A DNA stretch of 54,968 bases from a virus (IMGVR_UViG_3300026097_000029:1-54968); one strand, 5' to 3'; shown: positions 40,935-51,216, counted from the first letter of the stretch. A program made the numbers and translations. The notes: a model not told the origin generated them from the sequence alone.

Positions 40935-41782
40935 TAGCTAAAAATTATATATTTGAAACGCCCAAAAGGTATTGTGTAAGTAGGTGGAATAATCGTAATA
41001 ACATTCTCGCTTCCATCTTCAAAAACTTCTTTTATTTCAGTCGTGCCAATAGGCGGTGTTATTGATTGTGGTGCGTCGGCTGGTCTTGTTACTGTTGTGT
41101 TTGTTGTAGGTATGTAGCTTGTAACACTTAAAGCTTCTTCTAATTGTAAACCTGTTATTTTAAAAGATTTCCCCGATTGACCTTCGTATCTTATTACACC
41201 TACTTGGGTAGATGTAGATGTAGCATTTTTTGTTGCTTTTATTCTGTAAACATTTTTTGATATATGAATAATATTTAAACTTGAAAAGAAAGACCCATAA
41301 AAAATAATAGAAAAATCCCCTGTAGTTGTATTGCTACCGACAACAGGAATTGAGTTATCATTCATTTTTATAAAAAAAGATAAACTATAAGTATTTCCGC
41401 TTTGTGCTTGAAAACTCCTATTGTATGCGGATGAACGAATTGAACCGCTTGGGAAGCTGATTGAATTTGAAAAATTTAAAATAGGTGAATCTGAATTAGA
41501 TACATTAAAGTTTTGATAATCATTTAAATCACCATCACTATTTTGTAATAAATTAGTCCTTTGCTCTTCCACCAGCAAACTCGGGCAACTTCCACTTGTA
41601 TAATCTAATCTAGGCACGTCATTACCTACGCTTTCAATAAGACCACTTCCGTTTACCCTCGTTGCACTTCCGTTGCGTTGCCAATTTACATCTAAAGTAC
41701 CATCATTAGGCTTTACACTGTATAATTTGCCAGCTTTATAACCATTAGGCGTTATAATTAGTTTTGCGTTATCTACACTCAT
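40934..41782 (-). CDS. Head spike/fibre protein
   Basis: ATRVNGSGLIE, PRLDYT, LLVEEQRTNLL, QLEE...TSYIPT...TRPAD motifs. Confidence 0.7.
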   Translation of the reverse strand: MSVDNAKLIITPNGYKAGKLYSVKPNDGTLDVNWQRNGSATRVNGSGLIESVGNDVPRLDYTSGSCPSLLVEEQRTNLLQNSDGDLNDYQNFNVSNSDSPILNFSNSISFPSGSIRSSAYNRSFQAQSGNTYSLSFFIKMNDNSIPVVGSNTTTGDFSIIFYGSFFSSLNIIHISKNVYRIKATKNATSTSTQVGVIRYEGQSGKSFKITGLQLEEALSVTSYIPTTNTTVTRPADAPQSITPPIGTTEIKEVFEDGSENVITIIPPTYTIPFGRFKYIIFS

Positions 41783-41949
41783 ATGGTATTAATTTCGTTT
41801 AAAATATCAATTAAACATTGTTTAGCTTCAAATGTACCGCTATCTGCTAATACTCTAGCTTCAAAATCATCTGCTAAAATAGCATTTGCATCAAGACTTA
41901 AAACATCTCCTTTAATACTTATACTATTAGATATAGATAACCCTACCAT
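41779..41949 (-). CDS. Small structural protein
   Basis: Read manually, 56 aa: MVGLSISNSISIKG...FEARVLADSGTFEAKQCL; overlaps both neighbours. Confidence 0.6.
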   Translation of the reverse strand: MVGLSISNSISIKGDVLSLDANAILADDFEARVLADSGTFEAKQCLIDILNEINTI

Positions 41950-42197
41950 AAAGCTATAATGTCTGATGCTGTTGTGTCTGTTGCAAAAACTTGTATCACT
42001 TGTACGGGCAGAAAGCTTCCATTTGAGATGTTAGCAAAAACAACTTCGTCTCCATTAGATGTTTTTACTTTTAAGTTTCCGCCTGTTCCTATGTAAAGCA
42101 CACAACCCCTGTTAGTTGTGTTCTGTAAAGTTATTTCTTCAGTATCACTTGGCGTTACTGATTCTGCTTTTCTTGCTTGTAGTTTAAGGTAACTCAT
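41943..42197 (-). CDS. Head spike base protein (RcGTA Rcc01079-like)
   Basis: VTPSD, LYIGTGGNLKV, GSFLPVQV, ATDTTASDIIALW. Confidence 0.75.
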   Translation of the reverse strand: MSYLKLQARKAESVTPSDTEEITLQNTTNRGCVLYIGTGGNLKVKTSNGDEVVFANISNGSFLPVQVIQVFATDTTASDIIALW

Positions 42198-42221
42198 TTC
42201 TTTTTTTTACAAAGATAATAA

Positions 42222-43049
42222 TTAAATAGCTATCTCTAATTCTGAATCTAGTTTCTTGCCTTGCTCTAATCCTGTAAAACTAAAGTTAAAGTTTTTATCT
42301 AAGCTCATTGTAGGCTGATTGCCACTTTCTCTATGCATAATCTCTACCGCAGCTTCTATGTGCCTGTCGTATATGTGTAAGTTTTGTACAAAGTGAGAAA
42401 AAAAACCACAAGTATATAATTCTTTACCTACTATTTTGTTTAGATGTAAGCAAACTATCATCATTAAAGCTACGTATTGTGTTTTATTTATATATCCTGC
42501 TGTTATATAATCAGATGAGCGTTGGTTAAGCGTCATATCTAAATAAAGTTTGTCTTTTATCTGTCTAACACTCCACAGGGTTTCGTAAGCACAAGGTTTT
42601 AAACCCTTATCGTCTTCTGAAAAGTCGCTTTCTTGCCATAAGTTTATTATATGTCGCCTGCTAAATGGTTCTTTCATAAGATTAACTATTAGCTTGTTAA
42701 ATAGGTTATACTTCTTGACTGTATAACCATAACGCTTACCAATAGTACCGTTTCCTATATCCCAATTTCCCCACCAATTTATACCTAAATCTTTAGCGTC
42801 TTTTAAAGAGTTGCTTTGGTGTAGGTAAATCCACATAATTTCTTTGATACCTGTTTTAATTGCTGTGTTTCTTAGTGTGGTAATAGGGTATTCTCCATTG
42901 CTTATATCGTATTTTTCAAACACTTGTGTTATAAACAACGAGTGTGCTTCTTTACCATCCTTATACTTTGGTCTAGGGTTTAAATCTTCCGTACCATTGT
43001 TTAGTATGTTAGCTAGGTTGTCTTTAAAGTATTGGTCTGCTTTTATCAT
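42222..43049 (-). CDS. thyA: Thymidylate synthase
   Basis: SRRHIINLW, LKPC, QRSSD, N, NLHIYDRH motifs. Confidence 0.9.
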   Translation of the reverse strand: MIKADQYFKDNLANILNNGTEDLNPRPKYKDGKEAHSLFITQVFEKYDISNGEYPITTLRNTAIKTGIKEIMWIYLHQSNSLKDAKDLGINWWGNWDIGNGTIGKRYGYTVKKYNLFNKLIVNLMKEPFSRRHIINLWQESDFSEDDKGLKPCAYETLWSVRQIKDKLYLDMTLNQRSSDYITAGYINKTQYVALMMIVCLHLNKIVGKELYTCGFFSHFVQNLHIYDRHIEAAVEIMHRESGNQPTMSLDKNFNFSFTGLEQGKKLDSELEIAI

Positions 43050-43061
43050 AATTTTAGTTTA

Positions 43062-43355
43062 TTAGGTTGTTGTATCTTTAATTACGTAAGGCGAGCAATC
43101 TAAATATATCCAACACCAATATGACCTGTCAAATATTTCTTTGCTCTTCACTTTGTATTCTTTCATAAGCTTTTTCTTAGCCCAATCAACCCATTCCTGT
43201 TCTTGCTCTTTAGTTACAGGGTACATCTTAAACCAATTAGGTGTAGACAATTCTTCTTTAGTGTGATTTTTAATTAAATCATCTACACTTGTGTTGTGGT
43301 ATTTATTTAACCACCAGTCCATTAAATCTTCTCTAGTTGTTTTTATTTGTTTCAT
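43062..43355 (-). CDS. Hypothetical protein
   Basis: 97-aa Trp-rich ORF in a co-oriented cluster. Confidence 0.55.
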   Translation of the reverse strand: MKQIKTTREDLMDWWLNKYHNTSVDDLIKNHTKEELSTPNWFKMYPVTKEQEQEWVDWAKKKLMKEYKVKSKEIFDRSYWCWIYLDCSPYVIKDTTT

Positions 43356-43520
43356 TTTAGTTTTACTTTTTTTTATATCGTCTTAAATTTCTTTTTGTTA
43401 TTAGAAACACAGCGACTAAGGTTATTAAAGCGTATAACATACCGTCTATAACTAAAGAAGAACTATTGCAGTCTTCGCAGTAATTGCAGTTGTTAGGATT
43501 TGGTGTTTGTATATAATATA

Positions 43521-43727
43521 TCATTTGTTTATTTTTTTAACCAACTTCTTTAACGCATTGTACTCTCCATAAGTTAACTGAAATCTAGCACCTAGTTTGC
43601 TTGATATTTCTACATCAAAGCCTTCTCCATTGTGCCATTCTGTAACTTCTATGTAATCATTTTTACCAGCTATTAAATCGTATCTGTTTAATTCATCAAA
43701 TATCGCTTTTCTTTTATATTTATCCAT
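43521..43727 (-). CDS. Hypothetical phage protein
   Basis: 68 aa, IEVTEWHNGEGFDV motif. Confidence 0.6.
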   Translation of the reverse strand: MDKYKRKAIFDELNRYDLIAGKNDYIEVTEWHNGEGFDVEISSKLGARFQLTYGEYNALKKLVKKINK

Positions 43728-44115
43728 TTGTGTATTGTATTTTAATATTAACAGGCTCTGTTTCGTTTTTATACAAGTGTCCTTGTTCTTCTTTATACAA
43801 TTCTAATACTTTTATAGTTTTATCTATATCAGAAATCCATTCTCCTTTTCTTCTGCATCTAACAATTCTTTTAATTACTTCAAACTCATAAGGATTTAAA
43901 CCTTGCTCTACTGCAAACTTATACAAGCTTCCGTTAGAGTTGTCGTAGTGTGGTTGTCTAGATAAAAAATCAAAATCTTTTTTTCCTGTTTCCGACTCTA
44001 AAGTTATGTCTTCTGATGATTTACTCATAAATTCTTCATGTTCTTTTAGTTTTTTTTCGTACCAATCTTTCATAATCTCTTGGTTTCTTTCTTTCCAATC
44101 TAATGAATTTCCCAT
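43720..44115 (-). CDS. DUF3310-like protein
   Basis: QPHYD...IKRIVRCRRKG...DIDK pattern. Confidence 0.55.
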   Translation of the reverse strand: MGNSLDWKERNQEIMKDWYEKKLKEHEEFMSKSSEDITLESETGKKDFDFLSRQPHYDNSNGSLYKFAVEQGLNPYEFEVIKRIVRCRRKGEWISDIDKTIKVLELYKEEQGHLYKNETEPVNIKIQYTNG

Positions 44116-44218
44116 TTTTTAATTTAATTGTTTAACGTAGCAAATATAGTTATTTTTTAGTAAATGCACTAACCTTTTAGTTGTTATATTATTCGTATCT
44201 TTGTACAAAATATAAAGT

Positions 44219-45076
44219 ATGGTAAACGAAAGCCTAGATGAACTATCTTCTTCCCAATACGCATTCAGAAGTGATATATGTATATACAGAGATTTTTATG
44301 ATGATGATGATTTAAGAAAAGCAATAAAAGTTTTTTATCCTATACGTGGAGTAGAGCAAGAAGTAGCTTTAAAGTTTAGTGAAGGAGTGCATACTATAAA
44401 TTGTTTTCCATACAATTACAATTCTATACCTAAAAAAAGCACAGTATTAATGCGTCTAGAACAAATATCTTTAAATCTAGGTTTCTTAAATAAACATTAC
44501 GACACTCAACAACTAACTACTTACATTGAGATTATAATAAAAAACAAATATCACAGATATAACTACTCGTTCGATTTAAAGCAGTTTGAAGACATTATAA
44601 ATGAAGGTAAAGATAAAGAGTTAGAAGAAATGAATACAGACATTAGAAAGTATATTTGGAATAAAAAACACATGAATTTAAACAAGAGTATTAAGTCTAG
44701 GATAATGATAAGAGATAGGTTTAAAAATGATATAATGAGCAACACAAGTAAAGTGTTTGATGCAGTAAATAACTTACTAGAAACAGATGAGTTTATACAC
44801 AATAAAATTATATCAGAAATGACTAAGATGCCTATGACAACACTAGAGAAGTATGTAATGGTACATAAAGACGAAATAAACAACCATAACAAGTCTAAGT
44901 ATGGCACAGATAACTACAACAAGTATATAAATGCAGTAACCATTAAAGACATTAAAGACGCTGTTACTATGATAGAGTTTGCTAACAAGAAAATAAACAT
45001 ATCTAGCGTAGCTAAGAAATCTAGACTACACAGGAACACAGTTTCTAGATTAAATAAACTATATAACCTATTTTAA
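44219..45076 (+). CDS. Hypothetical DNA-binding protein (C-terminal HTH)
   Basis: INISSVAKKSRLHRNTVSRL HTH; preceded by TATCTTTG (44196-44203). Confidence 0.55.
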   Translation: MVNESLDELSSSQYAFRSDICIYRDFYDDDDLRKAIKVFYPIRGVEQEVALKFSEGVHTINCFPYNYNSIPKKSTVLMRLEQISLNLGFLNKHYDTQQLTTYIEIIIKNKYHRYNYSFDLKQFEDIINEGKDKELEEMNTDIRKYIWNKKHMNLNKSIKSRIMIRDRFKNDIMSNTSKVFDAVNNLLETDEFIHNKIISEMTKMPMTTLEKYVMVHKDEINNHNKSKYGTDNYNKYINAVTIKDIKDAVTMIEFANKKINISSVAKKSRLHRNTVSRLNKLYNLF

Positions 45077-46080
45077 TTAAATGCAACATGGTCTACTAGC
45101 ACACTATTATAGTATACAATGTGCTAGGGTAGCTTAGTGCATTTTTTGTTTTATTTGTTTATACATACCTTTTCTTTGTAAATAATCTTGTATTGAATAA
45201 ACATACACTTCTTAGTCTTATAAGTGGGATAGTTTTTAGTCAAATGAGTGGTATTTTTTAGTCTCTTGAGTGGGCTATACCCCCAACCTACGTTATCCAC
45301 ATCTTTCCCAAAACTTTTCTCATTCGCATAGGGGGGTGCAATTCTGAGCACATAGTGTCGAAACTTTTTAGCTTTTTTGTCCTGGACTTTTTTCAATCAA
45401 CAGAACCAATATAAAACTAATACGATTGTACTCCTGTATATTTTACGTTGATGCTAAATGTTTTTTTAGGTGAGACTAAATATTTTTTTAGTGGGGAATA
45501 AATAACCAAAAAAAAATCTTTACATAAAACCACAAACGAAATTCAGCGTCAATTTTTAACTATTGTATTAAATATGTAAGTATATATATATATTATTTAT
45601 ACGTATTTAATGTATGTATGTATTAAGGATTTAACTGTTTTAATATATATATGCTAAATAGGTTAAATATGTATGTATTTGATTTTTAGTGTATTAATAC
45701 AATTTAGATTAATTAATTTGTTAAAACTTTGTTAAATAAGATAGGTTTATTTGGTTGTAATTTGAGTTTGTTTGTATGTTTGCAATGTAAACAAAAACGA
45801 AAATACTTCACTTGTTTATGAGTTCCTTGAAATACTTACTAGATTAATTAATAGATTACATTTATAATAGTGTTGCATTATATTGCTTCCGTATTTATAC
45901 GAACAAACATTTATAAAATACTTTGATTAGTTAGTTTAGTAACTCGAAAATAAAACTAATTAAAACTATGCTTTTATATTTAAAGTAGCTGAGAACGTTT
46001 GAAAGCTAAAAAATATACAAATAGCTGAGTATGTTTCGCGATATACTCAGTATCTAAATATTATTAACCTTAAATAAAAT
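45077..46080. other. AT-rich non-coding region (possible origin or genome end, with early promoter)
   Basis: No credible long ORF; hairpins at ~45094-45131 and ~46024-46049; TATGTTTG at 45775-45782. Confidence 0.45.
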
Positions 46081-46355
46081 AACATGAAAAAATTAAACAA
46101 ATTACAAGCAATTTTAAAACCTACAGTATTAACGATTATTGTTTTATGTGCCTACTTACTGTTAAGCCATCAAATAAGCTAATATTAAACCTTAAAAAAT
46201 TAAAAAATGAAACTAGAAAAAACAATTACCTTAAAAACTGGCTTAATTATCCAACACTACAGCCACAAAAACACAACTAAAATAAGAATAATAGAACCTA
46301 AAAACTAAACATTATGAACACAGCAGAATTTTTAAACATCAAAAAATAAAAAACT

Positions 46356-46757
46356 ATGAAAACTATAAAAGTAACAAAAACAGAAGATTTAAACGAGTTC
46401 GCAACATTATTATTAAGCAACGGTTATGATATAATAAGCTCTTATAATAAAGAAGACCCAGGAAATAGTTTTAATACTTATTTTCATTTTCATAAAGACG
46501 GGTTTTTTGGTTATTGTCAAAAAGAAAGATTTGAAGGCTTCGGATTATCAACAGTAAACAAACCATGTAAAAAATTTGGAACTGGGCACGGTTTTTTAAA
46601 ATCATGGGATTGCTTAACATTAGAAAAAGCAGAAGAATGCTTGAAATTTGCAAAAAGACTAATAAACAACAAAGAAGAAATTAAAAATTATAATTCTGTA
46701 AATGAATTTTTAGAAAAATCATTCAGTAAAAAAGAATTAATCAAACATAAAAGCTAA
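46356..46757 (+). CDS. Early hypothetical protein
   Basis: 133 aa with A-rich leader. Confidence 0.6.
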   Translation: MKTIKVTKTEDLNEFATLLLSNGYDIISSYNKEDPGNSFNTYFHFHKDGFFGYCQKERFEGFGLSTVNKPCKKFGTGHGFLKSWDCLTLEKAEECLKFAKRLINNKEEIKNYNSVNEFLEKSFSKKELIKHKS

Positions 46758-46951
46758 ATATCATATAAACAAAAATAAAATCTTAGGAATTATGAAAACA
46801 AAACATAAATTTAAAGTAATAACAGGTTATGACTTTTTCAACGGCTCTGAAATATACAGATTAATCGGCATAAATAACGACCACTTTGGAGAGTGGCACA
46901 CATCAAAACAAGAAGCAGAAAACGAAATCAATAATCTTTAAAAACAAAACC

Positions 46952-47152
46952 ATGAGAACAATAAGTGTAAAGTTGTACAAGTCAAAGAAAAAAGCAAAAG
47001 TAGAAGTAGAAACAAACAACGGAATGAAAGAAACCGTTTATATTGAGCCTTGTCATGGCTCTTATGAACAATACGGAGCAAATACAGACGTTTTATGGCA
47101 TACTTTACCAATAGCTGAGCAATTAGTTGAAAACAACTTTGAAACCATTTAA
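46952..47152 (+). CDS. Early hypothetical protein
   Basis: ATG 46952 after A-rich leader; followed by hairpin at ~47166-47193. Confidence 0.55.
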   Translation: MRTISVKLYKSKKKAKVEVETNNGMKETVYIEPCHGSYEQYGANTDVLWHTLPIAEQLVENNFETI

Positions 47153-47219
47153 ACAAACCAAAAAAGCCTTGTATTATTTGCGTAATGCAAGGCAACTATA
47201 AACCTTAAAAACTGAACAA

Positions 47220-47399
47220 ATGAAAATAAATGTAAGATATTTTAAAATAGATATTTGCGAAAACACAAACAAACCTGATGTTATAGAGATAAACGAAAGT
47301 GAATTTCTAGACATTGACAGACCAATAGAATATGAACGAAATACTATTTTTGAAAATGGAGTGAATCAAATATGTTTAACTAAAAATACTTTTGAATAA
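47220..47399 (+). CDS. Early hypothetical protein
   Basis: Read manually, 59 aa MKINVRYFKID...; TAATG overlap with next gene. Confidence 0.55.
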   Translation: MKINVRYFKIDICENTNKPDVIEINESEFLDIDRPIEYERNTIFENGVNQICLTKNTFE

Positions 47400-47626
47400 T
47401 GAATGCAATTAAATCAATTAAACAAGCTTTTACGGACGGAAATGTAATTATAACTGCAATACATCAAGGACACGATAAAAGAGTGAGAATAGACGCCAAA
47501 ACACGCCACAGAATACTAGATACAAATAATTTATTTAGTGAATGGTGCTCAGAAAAATACGCTAACCAATTAGCCTTAGAAAATTATGGTAAAAAAATAA
47601 ACGAATTTAAAAACTATAAATACTAA
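47399..47626 (+). CDS. Early hypothetical protein
   Basis: 75-aa ORF. Confidence 0.55.
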   Translation: MNAIKSIKQAFTDGNVIITAIHQGHDKRVRIDAKTRHRILDTNNLFSEWCSEKYANQLALENYGKKINEFKNYKY

Positions 47627-47882
47627 AATCATTAAAGAGTTTGGAAGCGTACAAAAGTAACTTAAAGCAATACAATATAAACTAACTAAAAAATAAAATT
47701 AATTAAAAACTAAAAGCAATGTACAATAGAAAATTTAACATTAAAAAAGACTTTCACGCATTAAACGAAATGGAAAATAAAATACTTCCTATATGCAACG
47801 AAGTAAAAGACGAAGGAGAACGAAATGCGTTAAGAAGCTACATAAGAAAAATATTTAATAATCAATACAAAAAATAAACACC

Positions 47883-48395
47883 ATGAAACTAGAAATAAAT
47901 CTACCAATATTTAACGGCTTTTATGGTTCAATTCTAGAAGACTTAAGCAATCATCATGAAGCAGCCGAATTGTTTACTCAAGCAATAGAAAAAGAGCTTA
48001 AAAGAGACTTTAAAATAAGTTTAGAGCACAAAGAATTGATTAGACCAAGATTCTATAATTTTAATAACGATGTTATTTTAGTAGAATTAACTACTTATAA
48101 GTATGTAATAAAAGAGTTGTTTGAGCTTTGTCTAGATTGTTATAGACAGGAGTTTTTGGAATATATAAAACAACGGCTAACAAGCTACGATGGTTTCACA
48201 AGCTTTTATTCCAACACATTAGCAGGCTGGGAAAGATACAGGTATGAATTTTACAACTACGACCAAGATAAACAGGGTGCAATGCTTAACATTATCCTGG
48301 ATTTTTATTTGTCCGATATATGCGAGTACAATGAAAACGATTTAATGGAATACGCAAACCAAAACGGTGCTAAAATAAATGAAATAATTTACTAA
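47883..48395 (+). CDS. Early hypothetical phage protein
   Basis: FNGFYGS, RPRFYNFNND, TSYDGFTSFYSN motifs. Confidence 0.65.
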   Translation: MKLEINLPIFNGFYGSILEDLSNHHEAAELFTQAIEKELKRDFKISLEHKELIRPRFYNFNNDVILVELTTYKYVIKELFELCLDCYRQEFLEYIKQRLTSYDGFTSFYSNTLAGWERYRYEFYNYDQDKQGAMLNIILDFYLSDICEYNENDLMEYANQNGAKINEIIY

Positions 48396-48406
48396 AAACT
48401 AAAAAC

Positions 48407-48853
48407 ATGAACACAAAAACAAAACTACAACAGCTAGAAGAGAGAGCAGATGAACTTTATTCTATGATTGAAAACTTACCTAGTTTAAGTTATGAACGTG
48501 GCGAATTTATAGCCGAGTTGGAAGACATTGATTTAGAAATTGAAGAATTAGAAAAGCTAATGAAAATGAAAACATTAAAAAAACCTATATTAAATTTATT
48601 TCAATCTTACTTAACAGACGAAATAAGCAAAAGAAAACTAATTTCAGAGCTTTATAAGATAGAAATACAATTAACAGATTTAGATAATATTGGAGAAAAA
48701 GATTTATGGTTTAAATTCTTTTTACATGACACACTAGCTACAACAATAGCAAATTTAGATATTAATGAGTACAGCGAAAACATGAATCTTTTTAAGGAAT
48801 TTATGCAATTAGCAATAAATAACCCAAAAGAATTTCAAGTGTACTTCAGTTAA
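48407..48853 (+). CDS. Early hypothetical protein
   Basis: 148-aa ORF. Confidence 0.55.
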   Translation: MNTKTKLQQLEERADELYSMIENLPSLSYERGEFIAELEDIDLEIEELEKLMKMKTLKKPILNLFQSYLTDEISKRKLISELYKIEIQLTDLDNIGEKDLWFKFFLHDTLATTIANLDINEYSENMNLFKEFMQLAINNPKEFQVYFS

Positions 48854-49010
48854 AAACCAAAAAACGCAAAAGAATACTAATAAAAAGTATCCTAGATATA
48901 CTATGCGAAAAAATATTTAACAAAAAAAGACAATTATCTAAAAAAGAAAAGATTAACTTTGAATTTAGATTGAGAATGAAACACCCTTAATTTTTTTTAA
49001 ACAAATAGCT

Positions 49011-49196
49011 ATGAAAAAAACAACCATAATAACGATAATAGCGTGCTGGCTTTGCCTTTACATTATAGGAAATTCACTATCTACTAATAATCCTTTATGT
49101 TGGAGTGCAGAAAGCTTTTTTTTATCGCTTTTTTGCTTAATTGTAATTATATTTTTATCAATAATCATATCGTTTTTACACAACGATTTAAAATAA
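49011..49196 (+). CDS. Small membrane protein
   Basis: Two hydrophobic helices. Confidence 0.5.
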   Translation: MKKTTIITIIACWLCLYIIGNSLSTNNPLCWSAESFFLSLFCLIVIIFLSIIISFLHNDLK

Positions 49197-49203
49197 CCAA
49201 AAC

Positions 49204-49455
49204 ATGAACACAGAAAAAAGAATCGGAAACATAATATACGTACAACAAACAAATACCATCGAAGTAGTTGTTGATGAAGGCGTATATAATCAACGTACTA
49301 GAGAGAAGTGGTACAAGACAAATGAAGATAATTTTATCTTAAAACCGCATCAATTAGTTTTCTTAAATAGCATAGAAACAGTAAATACTATGCATAAAAT
49401 GGGTGCTAAAATGAGCGATAATACAAGAATATTAGTTGATAAGCTAAATAAATAA
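49204..49455 (+). CDS. Hypothetical protein
   Basis: 83-aa ORF with A-rich leader. Confidence 0.55.
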   Translation: MNTEKRIGNIIYVQQTNTIEVVVDEGVYNQRTREKWYKTNEDNFILKPHQLVFLNSIETVNTMHKMGAKMSDNTRILVDKLNK

Positions 49456-49633
49456 CTTTAATAAAGAACGAGTAGTGTGGCATAACAGCAAATAATATGG
49501 GTAGTGGCGATAAAAAGGGTTAACAGTATCGTATGCAAACCAATAACCCCGAAAAACACGGTGAAAGTCCAGTTGTTAGGCATACTTAGCCATTACCTAT
49601 ATTTATTATTGAATGTCTTTTTTAATTGCATAT

Positions 49634-49756
49634 AACGTTGAGTATATGGCAAGTAGCCGAGATAAAGCACAAACGATGCAAAAAGTAAACAAATTTAATA
49701 ACAGGCAGATGGTTCCAAAAAGACCCGTAACACGGCTATTTGCTATATACAGTGTT
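49634..49756 (+). repeat. attC-like hairpin
   Basis: GTATATGGCAAGTAGCCG (49642-49659) / CGGCTATTTGCTATATAC (49733-49750). Confidence 0.85.
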
Positions 49757-49773
49757 ATGTGGCGTTTTTAATT

Positions 49774-50016
49774 ATGGAAGTAGTAGATTTTAGTAACAGA
49801 TTATTTCACGATATACCAACACAGGACAATCCTGCTTACGGGAGTGAAGAGTGTATAATGATTGTAAAGGATAGCCAAAGACAAGCTTTATTTGCTGTAC
49901 TACATATTGAACCCGTAATAGACCCAATGGAAGACGAATCTGTTACTAAAATATGTGAGGTGTATAAACTTAATAATGCTATTAAGATTGCTAAGTGGTT
50001 CGCAAATGCCACATAA
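49774..50016 (+). CDS. Cassette-borne hypothetical protein
   Basis: ATG 49774; the TAA stop lies inside the terminal TAAC. Confidence 0.65.
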   Translation: MEVVDFSNRLFHDIPTQDNPAYGSEECIMIVKDSQRQALFAVLHIEPVIDPMEDESVTKICEVYKLNNAIKIAKWFANAT

Positions 50017-50061
50017 CATCTCGGTGCTATGAAATCGTTTTAATGTTTTATAGCACGTGTT
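50015..50061 (+). repeat. Minimal attC-like hairpin
   Basis: GTGCTATGAAA-TCGTTTTAATG-TTTTATAGCAC. Confidence 0.85.
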
Positions 50062-50163
50062 ACCCACTGGTGCGACTTTAAAGAGCAAACTTTTATTTAA
50101 GAACTGAAACTTTTTCTTTTCTTTTTTGAGCGTTGGCAAATATTAATTTGAAAAATTAAAATT

Positions 50164-50970
50164 ATGGAACAAATACAATTACACAAAGGATATTGCGAAG
50201 ATTACTTTACCCAAATACACGATAAAAGCGTAGATATGGTTCTTTGTGATTTACCTTACGGAACAACAGATTGTAAATGGGATAGTCAAATAGACTTGAC
50301 TTTTCTATTTAGCGAATATTACAGAGTGTTAAAAAAGAACGGTGCAATAGTGTTATTCGCTTCACAGCCCTTTACATCTACTTTGGTATGTGAACACGTT
50401 AAATACTTCAAGCACGAGTGGATATGGAAGAAAAACGCAGGAAGTAATTTTGGAACTGTAAAATACCAACCATTTAAAGAACACGAAAGCATACTTGTAT
50501 TTAGTAATGGAGGTGGGAAGGTTTGTTACAATCCTATAATGGAAGAACGTGCTGAAAGTGGTAAAGCGAGAGTAAAGACCAAGGTTAATTATAATACAAG
50601 TGCAGAAGTTTACGGAAGTGGTGGATTAATAGGCGATAAAGGAATAAGTAGTAATAGACCTGATTTAAGATACCCAAGTAGTGTACAGAAATTTAATAGA
50701 GAGCGAGGGTTACACCCAACACAAAAACCACTTGACTTGATAGAGTACTTAATTAAAACTTACTCTAACGAAGGCGAATTGATACTTGATAATACAATGG
50801 GAAGCGGTACTACTGGTGTTGGTTGTGTAAATACAAATAGACGATTTATAGGTATTGAGTTAGAAGATAAGTATTTTTCTATTGCAGAAGAACGAGTAAA
50901 AAAAGCGTGGGAAGAAAAAAGAAAAGAAAAAGATTTACAAGCACAAACTTTATTTGGAACACAGAAGTAA
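50164..50970 (+). CDS. DNA N6-adenine/N4-cytosine methyltransferase (beta class)
   Basis: CDLPYG, HPTQKPLDL, LDNTMGSGTTG. Confidence 0.9.
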   Translation: MEQIQLHKGYCEDYFTQIHDKSVDMVLCDLPYGTTDCKWDSQIDLTFLFSEYYRVLKKNGAIVLFASQPFTSTLVCEHVKYFKHEWIWKKNAGSNFGTVKYQPFKEHESILVFSNGGGKVCYNPIMEERAESGKARVKTKVNYNTSAEVYGSGGLIGDKGISSNRPDLRYPSSVQKFNRERGLHPTQKPLDLIEYLIKTYSNEGELILDNTMGSGTTGVGCVNTNRRFIGIELEDKYFSIAEERVKKAWEEKRKEKDLQAQTLFGTQK

Positions 50971-50982
50971 GCACTTGTTGGT

Positions 50983-51216
50983 AACACTATGGTTATATGA
51001 GTAGTTTATTTACGGATTTAAAAATAGAAATATGAAAACAGTTTTAATACATTATAAAAAATGGGTAGAAGCACCGCACCCAATGTTAGACGGTGAATTT
51101 ATTAAATGTAGCCAAGTGGTCGAAGTATTAAAGCTGACTGACCTAAATGATATGTTTAAAAATATAACTAAGATTGAAATACTAAGCGAGTAAATGAATT
51201 ACTTATATGACGTGTT
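50983..51216 (+). repeat. attC-like hairpin with an ORF in its loop
   Basis: 22-bp arms 50992-51013 / 51190-51211 with four G.T pairs. Confidence 0.85.
51032..51193 (+). CDS. 53-aa hypothetical protein inside a hairpin loop
   Basis: Read manually: MKTVLIHYKKWVEAPHP...KIEILSE; stop falls in the right arm. Confidence 0.6.
   Translation: MKTVLIHYKKWVEAPHPMLDGEFIKCSQVVEVLKLTDLNDMFKNITKIEILSE

Noticed and set aside
29039-41782. Diversity-generating retroelement or invertible fibre shufflon
   Set aside because: No reverse transcriptase, invertase or template/variable repeat pair was seen.
42222-43049. thyA as a dCMP hydroxymethylase for hypermodified DNA
   Set aside because: It keeps the Asn after QRSSD that specifies dUMP, and there are no neighbouring glycosyltransferase or kinase genes.
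45151-45396. 81-aa minus-strand ORF in the AT-rich region
   Set aside because: TTG start, no recognisable features, isolated within a probable regulatory region.
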